A stretch of 64,000 bases of DNA. Origin: Mantamonas sphyraenae STR306. Its lineage: Eukaryota; Protista; CRuMs. The notes beneath the pieces were generated by a model that made no database searches, was not told the origin of the DNA, and saw only the letters and a program-made list of their open reading frames with translations. This document shows positions 56,713 to 64,000 of the stretch, piece after piece; position 1 is the first letter of the stretch; each line of letters begins with the position of its first letter. The position numbers and the translations under genes are program-made. Location: the NCBI GenBank assembly GCA_026936335.1, contig JAPMXV010000071.1, positions 186,001 through 250,000 on the forward strand, written 5' to 3'.

Positions 56713-57647
56713 GCAGACAGAGATTGAAAGAGTACTTTCCAGTGGACAGCCAAACCTTCTTCCAGCTGCTGTTTGCAGACGAGTCTCCGTTCAAGCGGGA
56801 CTACCACACGTCCCGTGGCGACGAAGACTTTGAACAGACGGCCTGGACGAACGGCAAACGCGAACTCAGCTTCCAATCAAGGGTGAACAATTCGGTGCTG
56901 GCAGGCTTGTTGGGAGCCACGACGACGGTGCGTGAGGTGCAACAAACAGAGCACGTCGCGGACGGAGAGATTCGCGTGCGCGCACATACGTGTTTGGCGA
57001 CGGAATTGGTACAGAGTGGGGCAGAATGGTCCATACGCGACCTGCCCGATGACCAAGACGGGTCTGTGTATGTAGTGGATGCCAGCAACGACAGTGCTGT
57101 GGCCACTGTGCCTCGTGGCAAGGAGTCGACCAGCTCCGACGAGTCCACGCAGGTGCTGCCTCTCCAGGACGACGACGTTTCGCTCCTGGCCACCCAGTGG
57201 TGTGAATGCACCATCGACATCACAACGGCGTTCCATGGTCCCTGGGTCATCCAAAGCGTCGTGGAGCCCTATCTGGCAAGCCATGCACGCAAGGCCTTTC
57301 TGGAGTGGATGGAAGGGGCTCGCGTTGTCGTCAACGCACACCTCCACGACTTGTCGCTGGCAGCGGCACAGGGCACACACCAGCACACAGAGGAAACAAG
57401 CGTGGGATACACAAGCACAAGCACAAGCACAAGCACAAGCACAGCCAGTGTGTCCTCCGGCACGGACGGGTCACTCGCCGTGGTCGACACCGACAACGAC
57501 GGGAAGGAAGGAGACCACAGTCAGCAACTGATGCAGGAAATGGCAGCAATGCTGGAACAGATGCTAGCAAGCACGCAAGACACGCAAGCAAGGTTAGTGG
57601 GGATTCGCAACGGTTTGTTGGGCGTGGGAAGCACGCGGGTGAGATGA
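56709..57647 (+). CDS. VASt/StART-like lipid-transfer domain protein
   Basis: FPVDSQTFFQLLFADESPF....RGD.D....W...RELSF matches the VASt N-terminal pattern; C-terminal coiled coil. Confidence 0.6.
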   Translation: MSRQRLKEYFPVDSQTFFQLLFADESPFKRDYHTSRGDEDFEQTAWTNGKRELSFQSRVNNSVLAGLLGATTTVREVQQTEHVADGEIRVRAHTCLATELVQSGAEWSIRDLPDDQDGSVYVVDASNDSAVATVPRGKESTSSDESTQVLPLQDDDVSLLATQWCECTIDITTAFHGPWVIQSVVEPYLASHARKAFLEWMEGARVVVNAHLHDLSLAAAQGTHQHTEETSVGYTSTSTSTSTSTASVSSGTDGSLAVVDTDNDGKEGDHSQQLMQEMAAMLEQMLASTQDTQARLVGIRNGLLGVGSTRVR

Positions 57648-57671
57648 ACGTCGCCATTGGAATGCACGAAA

Positions 57672-59746
57672 TCATTCGTCGTTGGACGACGCTTCACTGT
57701 TCAGTGTGGGCAGCTCCTCCACCATCCAGGCGCTCTTGGGCAGTTCTCCCAGGGCAAGGGTACGTCTTTGTAGCCACGGGAAGAGACTGGCGCCAACGAA
57801 GAGGGAGAGGAGGGTGAGGGTGATGAAAGGGTCGTATGTGGTGTGGCAGGTACCATTGAGTTCGGTGACACACACCGCCTTGAGGACGTCCGTGTCACAC
57901 GTGGGCGGTGCCAGGACGTTGGAGGGTGAGTCGTCGGCAAGGAGACATGCGGTGCGGGAGAGCCAGTCCACGGCACGGTAGGCAAAGAACTTGGGCCATG
58001 TGGAGCCGAGGTTGCTCACCGTGTTGAGCAGGGTCAGGTAGGTGCCTCCGATGCGATCGTCGCTGATGCGATTGAAAAACCCGCCCTTGGTGACGGACAT
58101 GATGGTGCCTGCAAACGAGTTGCTGGCCATGATCAGCACCAGCACAGCGTAGGACCAGAACCCGGGTCGTCCACTGTGCCAGTGCACCAGCAGCGCAAAC
58201 AGAAACGCATTGAACAATTGCAGCTTGTAGAACCGCAGGTAGGGTGCCCACGGGGCATGCGATGGACTGTTGCTGCTACTGGTGGTGTTGGTGTTGCTGC
58301 TGCTGGTGATGGGATTTGTGGATGAAGAGGAGGAGGAGGAGGAGGAGGAGGAGAGGAGTGCATCGCGTGGCGCATTATCACCATCGCTTTTGCCATCTGT
58401 GCCTCCACTGTCGCTGACACTGCCATCTCCATGCAGATGAAACTCTGTACCTGACGCCGAGGCGGCGGTGGCATTGGACCAGCGGCCGGCGACGATGGCA
58501 AACACGGTGTCGAGGGGAAAGGTGAGCAGGACCACGGCGGCAAGGTCCTCACGCTTGAAGCCCTTTTCAATCAGCTTCAACGGCCCAATGTAATCGGTAA
58601 AGACAAACCCCAGGCGGAGGAGGAGGAGGACGGACACAAGGCTGCGCATGTGCTTCTTGTTCAGCACCTGCCACATCTGCCTGTACACCGTGCGCACTGA
58701 CGCATGGTTGGCTTCGTCACGCGGGTTCTCATGCTTCACAAGCCACAGTGTCAGGGTAAAGAACAGGTAGATGACCCCCCACGTGCGCAGGTAGCCCGGC
58801 AACGTCCACACGCCGTAGGGCAAGGCGGCTCCGTCCGCACGCAGGAAACGATTGGAAAATTCGGGGCTGTTGAGGGCCAGAAAGATGGTGAAGGAAAGGA
58901 AGTAGCCTGTGTTGAGACCCAGTGATTGACAAGTGGCACCGTAGGACTTGTTGCGTGCAGAGAGCATGGTGATGGCCCAGCCGTCGACGGCAATGTCCTG
59001 TGTGGCACACATCCACACCATGAGCAGCAGGTGGAGAAAGAGAGTGCGTATGGACACGCCCTCCATGGTGTCGGTGAGCATGTAGCTGAGGCGCAGCAGC
59101 ATCAATCCTGAGCAGAGCTGGAGCGGGACAATCCAACTCTTGCGGCGGCCAAACACCGGGTTGTAGATGGAATCCACCAGAGGCGACCACAGCAGTTTCA
59201 ACGAATATGGATAGTTGGACATTGAAAGGATGCCAAGGGTCGTGTACGACGCACGACGCTGCAGTAGGAACGGGATTGAACCGTGCACAAGGCCCAACGG
59301 CACGCCCTGGCATACATCTGCCGTGTGGAGATGAGAACGGGGCGTGTGGATTCAGACAGGGGGGATGAGGAGAAAGGCGGGGGGGGTGGGTGGAAACAAA
59401 TGGGGTGGGGGTGAGAGAGTGTGAGACCCAGATTGTCAACACAACAAGCGCACGCGGACGTACACATCAAGGTGAGCCATATCATGTTGGGAAAGTCGGA
59501 GCGAAAGTCTGGGTTGTGCCACTCGTCGAGCCAAGAGGCGTGGTGTGCAGTGGGATGGACAGGTGCAGCAACCGGGACTGGCGAGGGAAGCAGGGCGGCT
59601 GCGGCGGCTGCGTGGGAAGCCACAGATGGCCGCACACGCACCTGCTCGCCATCGGGAAGGACAAGACCCGTGCCAAGGACCACTCCTGCAGCCACTCCCG
59701 CGGGCGTTGCACGCACGTGGTCCGAGTCCTCGTCTCGTTTGTGCAT
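57672..59746 (-). CDS. SLC33A1: Acetyl-CoA transporter 1 (MFS)
   Basis: QGVPLGL, YPYSLKLLWSPLVDS..FGRRKSWIVP, ATQDIAVDGWA, IGGTYLTLLNTVSNLG.TWPK; intron ~59460-59318. Confidence 0.92.
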
Positions 59747-59865
59747 TGCCGGGACGAGGGATGCAATGCGATGCGACGGCGGGCGCAAGAAAAAAGGGTT
59801 CCGTTTGCCAAACACACTGCGCACCCTGGCTCTTGACTGAACCCGTTTCTGGCAACAGCACCACC

Positions 59866-60603
59866 ATGGATCCCATCAGTTGTCCGTCTACCGAGGTGTG
59901 GCATGGCATTAGTGAGCCGACATTGCTGCCCACGTGCGTGGCAGCCGCGGTGATTGGCCTCACCTGTGGCTTTGCCCTGCGCAGCCGCCCTGGACTCCAC
60001 GTCCACGCCCGCTCCTTCTTCCTCTTTGCCTGCATGATGTCCGACGCTGCGTTTGTGCACTGTTTCTTTGCCCTGCGACCCGACTCGCTGCTCAAGACCG
60101 TGGTTGGCGTCGTGGACATCGGGCTCACCTCGTGCATTGGTGCCTCCTTCCTCTTCAATGGCCTTTATGACCTTGGATGGGTGCGTGAGGGAAAGGTTTC
60201 CCAGCGTGCCTTTGACCTGGCTGAACTGGCCACCTTTGTGCTCATCTTTGTCGGCTACGCTCTGGGCCTGGCCAACAACTGGGGCTGGACCTTTGTCGTC
60301 CTCTACATCGGCGTCGTCGGTCTCTGCTGCGGTGCCTTTGTCGTCATCCAGGGCATGCTCATCTGGAAGGGCACCTACCGTCATGGCCTCATCTGGATTG
60401 CCGTGGCTGGCGTTGCAGGCGCCTTGGGAATGGCCGCCATGACCGTCCTCGCCACCTGGTGCTGCCAGACCTTTGGTGTGTTTTGGAACGGTGACTTTTG
60501 GTGGTTTGCCCTCTCGGACGTCGCCATGCTCGCCATGTACTTCTACCTCAGGCAGAGGGAGGGCAAGCAGTACGCCAAGCTGCCCCAGAACTTTTACATG
60601 TGA
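59866..60603 (+). CDS. ~7-TM membrane protein of unknown function
   Basis: Hydrophobic segments with MMSDAAFVHCF and WFALSD motifs; host-like codon usage. Confidence 0.6.
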   Translation: MDPISCPSTEVWHGISEPTLLPTCVAAAVIGLTCGFALRSRPGLHVHARSFFLFACMMSDAAFVHCFFALRPDSLLKTVVGVVDIGLTSCIGASFLFNGLYDLGWVREGKVSQRAFDLAELATFVLIFVGYALGLANNWGWTFVVLYIGVVGLCCGAFVVIQGMLIWKGTYRHGLIWIAVAGVAGALGMAAMTVLATWCCQTFGVFWNGDFWWFALSDVAMLAMYFYLRQREGKQYAKLPQNFYM

Positions 60604-60686
60604 AAACAATGCAAATCTGCAATGTATTGCTCTCACATTCTTCATCTCTTGGTATTATTATGGTGACCGGTGTTGCTCTCACACAC

Positions 60687-62569
60687 TCACCCTTCGGTCA
60701 GCGCTTCGCCGTCCAGCGTTGCCAGGTTGGGAAACGCCACGCGTACCCGTTCCACATAGTCCTTTTGGGCAGCCAACGGGTTGCCAGCGAGGGTGAGATC
60801 GACGACGGTGGAACTGAGCACCGTGTCCGCAGGCAGTGACTGCAGTTTGTTGTTGGCAAGGGAGAGGACAGAGAGATGCGGCAACGAAGACAGCTCACGC
60901 AGAGGGATCTCACGCACCTGGTTGTTGTCCAGGTTGAGAGTAGCCACAGAGGCCAAATAGCGGATGCCCACCAGACTGTGCAGTGCGTTGTTGCTGACGT
61001 CGACGCTGTTGGCCCACATGAGCTGCTCGGGCTGTGCCAGCCGCGTCAGGTTGCTTCCGTGCACGTCAAGGCTGCCTCCAGGCTTGTACTGAGCCTGCAC
61101 CGCCAGTTGCAGCTGCAGTTCACTGCGCAAGTCCTCGTAGTAGCCCAGATGGTCGCTGTCCATCTCTCGCAGCTGTTCCAATTCGTCCAAGATCTCCTGC
61201 TGGTGCCCGCCCATCTCGCGCATCAGATACACTCGAGTGAGAGCACACCACTTGGACGAATCGCCCTCTGCTTCAAACTCGCTCTTCATCTCCGTCACCT
61301 GTTCCAGCCGTTCTTCCAGCAGCGCCACCCGATCCTCGTCGATGCGCTTCACGTCCATCTGATCCACCTCCAGGTCGCACGAGTCCACGGTCATGCCCCA
61401 CCAGTCTCCCGACGAATGCACCTTGAGTTGCACAGCCTCCTCCTCGCCGCTGCTCCCCTGCTCCTCAGTCTCCTCCATGCGGTATTCGTGCATGATGTCC
61501 ACAGCCTCGTTCAGATTGGCCACGGCAGGTTGTGTGTGAACGTGCCATGTGCCCGCACGATTCACGCTGATGTGATCCTGTGTGAGCTGTCCCACAGGGT
61601 GCGTCAGACGCACAAACACGCTGTTTTCGATCTGCTGCGAGCCCAACACCCTAAACGGACGCTCTCCACGTCCCACCAGCCATCTGTAGTACAGCCAGGG
61701 CGACTGGTCGTTCGGCTCCGTCCACATGGCATTCTCCAACATTTCAAATTCCTTCTCCTCATTCCACGCCCCCGTGTCAATGATCCCGGCCAGCAGCGCC
61801 GAGCGGTAGTGCCACGCGCTGTAGTTGCTGAAGTTGTCACTGATTTTCTTGTGCGAATACTTGAACTCATCCTTGTCCGATGCCACATGCGGCACCACAA
61901 AGCGTCGGTAGGACCAGCAGTGGAAGTTGCGCGTGTCCAGGTCCAGCATGCGGTTGCACAGAGCCAGCTCCACCACCCAGTTTGCTTCGCTGGCAAACAC
62001 GTCTTGCATGTGTTCCATGCACCACACACGATGGTGCCACACCCAGTAGCTTTTCGGGTTGCGTCCAATCGAGTCCTGGATCAGCTGCAACTCCGCTGCA
62101 CCCAACTCCGCCATCTCTTCGTCGCCCCTGCATGGCCCACCCAGCACAGCCCGTGCCATCCGGATGTCAGTGACTTTGGCTCACACCACACGTCCATGCT
62201 TCCATCCTCTGCCTATCCACACACTCTGCCTCTCTCCACTCACAGCGTCTGCCGAAGCTCGGTGAGGATCTCCCTCCGGTAATTCCACAGCGAGTAAAAG
62301 TCCACCACCATCTTCAGAGCCTTCTTGCAGGCTTCCAGCGCACTCAGATCCATCACTTGCTGCGCTCGCATCTCCAACACCTGTTCACTGAGAGCCACAA
62401 AGCGTTCAATGCGCTCCGCCGCCTGCTGCTTGCGCGCCTCCTCCATCAACGCGTCCAGTTTCTCTTTCTTAATCCCATGCTGCAGAACGTGTGCATGTGT
62501 ACGTCTGTGTCAGTGGCCCTGTGTCCGTGTGTGTGTGTGTGTGTGGTGATGGAGTGCAAGAACAACCAT
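60687..62569 (-). CDS. RABGGTA: Rab geranylgeranyltransferase alpha subunit (PPTA repeats + LRR)
   Basis: M/HG start, YSLWNYRRE, NPKSYWVWHHR, RNFHCWSYRR, NFSNYSAWHYRS, EPNDQSPWLY, C-terminal LRRs; the ATG-only first exon position is tentative. Confidence 0.9.
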
Positions 62570-62661
62570 TCCCGAATTGGTTGGGCGAGAGGAGGCCATG
62601 TTTCCTTGCTCGACACTTCTGACACTATACGAGACATTGCTGCATTGGTGTGTGCACCGAA

Positions 62662-64000
62662 TTACCCAAACTCAATCTCCTCACCCTGTTCGGCCTCCAG
62701 TTTGGCCTGCTTCTTGCTGGCTTTGTCCTTGATCTCCTCCATGGCCTTGATGAGTCCTGCCGGATCGTTCTTGGCACGTTTGGTGATGTCGTTCTTGTAC
62801 GGACCAAAATCAGTGATGGTGCAATGGTCCCGCTTCCACACAGCCAGCATGTCGGCGAAACAGGCTGCGTGAAGCTCGGCCAACACACCCAGCAAGCCCC
62901 CCTCGTGCTTGTTGGCCATCTGGTTCAACCGACCCTCTCGCAACGCCTGAATGCACACCACCGTAAAGTTGAGCGAGACGACACTCATGGGAAACTCCTG
63001 TTCGCTGTCCTGCGACAACGTGTACACCTCCTGAGCCAGCTGCTTGTGCTGCTGCAACAATGACAGCAGCTGCAGAAGGCCAAACATGCCTGCCGACCGC
63101 AGATCTGTCTTTGGATCGGTGTCCTGGAACCCAATGTCCTGCCAGTGTGCTCCGTAGCGGGGACAATCCCTTTGTGAACCTGTCGTCACCAGTCGTGTGT
63201 GTGTGTGTGTGTCAGCACCTTGGCACATCCCACGTGCATGAAACTTTGTGAATCTCCACTGATCCCACTCACCTGTCAGTTTGCGGTAAATGCTGATGAT
63301 GATGCGCGAGTGCACCCGGTCGTCTCCGTCCAGCGGCGTTGCTGCCATAGCCAACACGAGATCACGCGCATCCTGATTGTCTGCACTCAGTTCGCTGTCG
63401 CAGCAGGTGCAACACCCAAACAGGGAATACCAACAAGCCTGGCAGCCCTCGTACTGTGGCTCGCTCTCACGTGTCACCGTTTTCAACACCTCACTCATGT
63501 CCTGCTTCTCGAAATGGCCCAACACGTCGTTGTAGTTGAGCACCAATCCTGCTTGGCCCAAATCCTCCTTGCTTCGGATCGTCCCACTCTTGTGTGCCTC
63601 CTCCGCTTGGTCCTGTTCCGCCTGTGCCTCTTCCAACGCACCCCACGCCGCCGCTGCTGCTGCCTCCTCCTCTGTTTCACCTCCAAGCACCAACGCAGCC
63701 ACCCCTGCCCCCGTGTCTGTCGTCCTTTCCTCGCCTGCCTTTCCGCCTCCTGCGGATTCGGTCTCGGTGTGATCCAGCAACGGCTGAGCCTCGTCCGCCT
63801 CTTCCCCGCCCGCGTCCTCCGATGTCTCCTCCACAGCTTCTCCATCTGCGCTTACGCCTGTGTCCTTGTTGCCCTCGCTTGCGTCTGTTGATCCACTCTC
63901 TTCCTGTGCCTCTTTTCCCTTGTCCGATGGGCTCTCCTCAGCCGTCTTGGCGCCATCCTCACCCTTTTCCGCTTCCTCGTCCGCCTCCTCTGCCTCTTCC
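62662..64000 (-). CDS. ELMO-domain protein (ELMOD3-like ARF/ARL GAP), 5'-partial
   Basis: CPRYGAHWQDIGFQDTDPKTDLRSAGMFGLLQL..FPMSVVSLNFT; intron ~63271-63181. Confidence 0.85.
   Translation of the reverse strand, partial: EEAEEADEEAEKGEDGAKTAEESPSDKGKEAQEESGSTDASEGNKDTGVSADGEAVEETSEDAGGEEADEAQPLLDHTETESAGGGKAGEERTTDTGAGVAALVLGGETEEEAAAAAAWGALEEAQAEQDQAEEAHKSGTIRSKEDLGQAGLVLNYNDVLGHFEKQDMSEVLKTVTRESEPQYEGCQACWYSLFGCCTCCDSELSADNQDARDLVLAMAATPLDGDDRVHSRIIISIYRKLTGEWDQWRFTKFHARGMCQGADTHTHTRLVTTGSQRDCPRYGAHWQDIGFQDTDPKTDLRSAGMFGLLQLLSLLQQHKQLAQEVYTLSQDSEQEFPMSVVSLNFTVVCIQALREGRLNQMANKHEGGLLGVLAELHAACFADMLAVWKRDHCTITDFGPYKNDITKRAKNDPAGLIKAMEEIKDKASKKQAKLEAEQGEEIEFG

Overview
This window is gene-dense eukaryotic DNA with short GT-AG introns rich in (GT)n/(CA)n. 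It probably comes from a flagellated, mitochondriate protist (epsilon-tubulin, Twinkle); the lineage cannot be fixed from this window. About 33 genes are packed with tandem spacers often only 50-100 bp long. Recognisable ones include VPS50, an OXSR1/SPAK-like kinase, COMMD8, an ABCC transporter, SNAPC1, eIF2B-gamma, SLC35A, Pol X/lambda, TUBE1, a Patched/NPC1-like SSD protein, an RCC1-repeat protein, WDR24, FKBP, RAD23, NOC2, V-ATPase c'', calreticulin, Twinkle, TRM10, a VASt protein, SLC33A1, RabGGT-alpha and ELMOD. The standout is a ~6.5 kb insertion-like block (~26071-32570, minus strand) between epsilon-tubulin and the Patched-like gene. It encodes a very large Fanzor/TnpB-type RNA-guided nuclease with all three RuvC acidic residues and a Zn-finger motif. 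A canonical intron extends it to ~1874 aa and brings together an apparent USP-like Cys/His/Asp protease triad at the N-terminus. Upstream lies an IS630/Tc1-mariner-like HTH remnant, and downstream is a hairpin-rich segment that is a candidate omegaRNA. All calls come from motif recognition by eye; no database searches were run, and exon boundaries are approximate unless stated.
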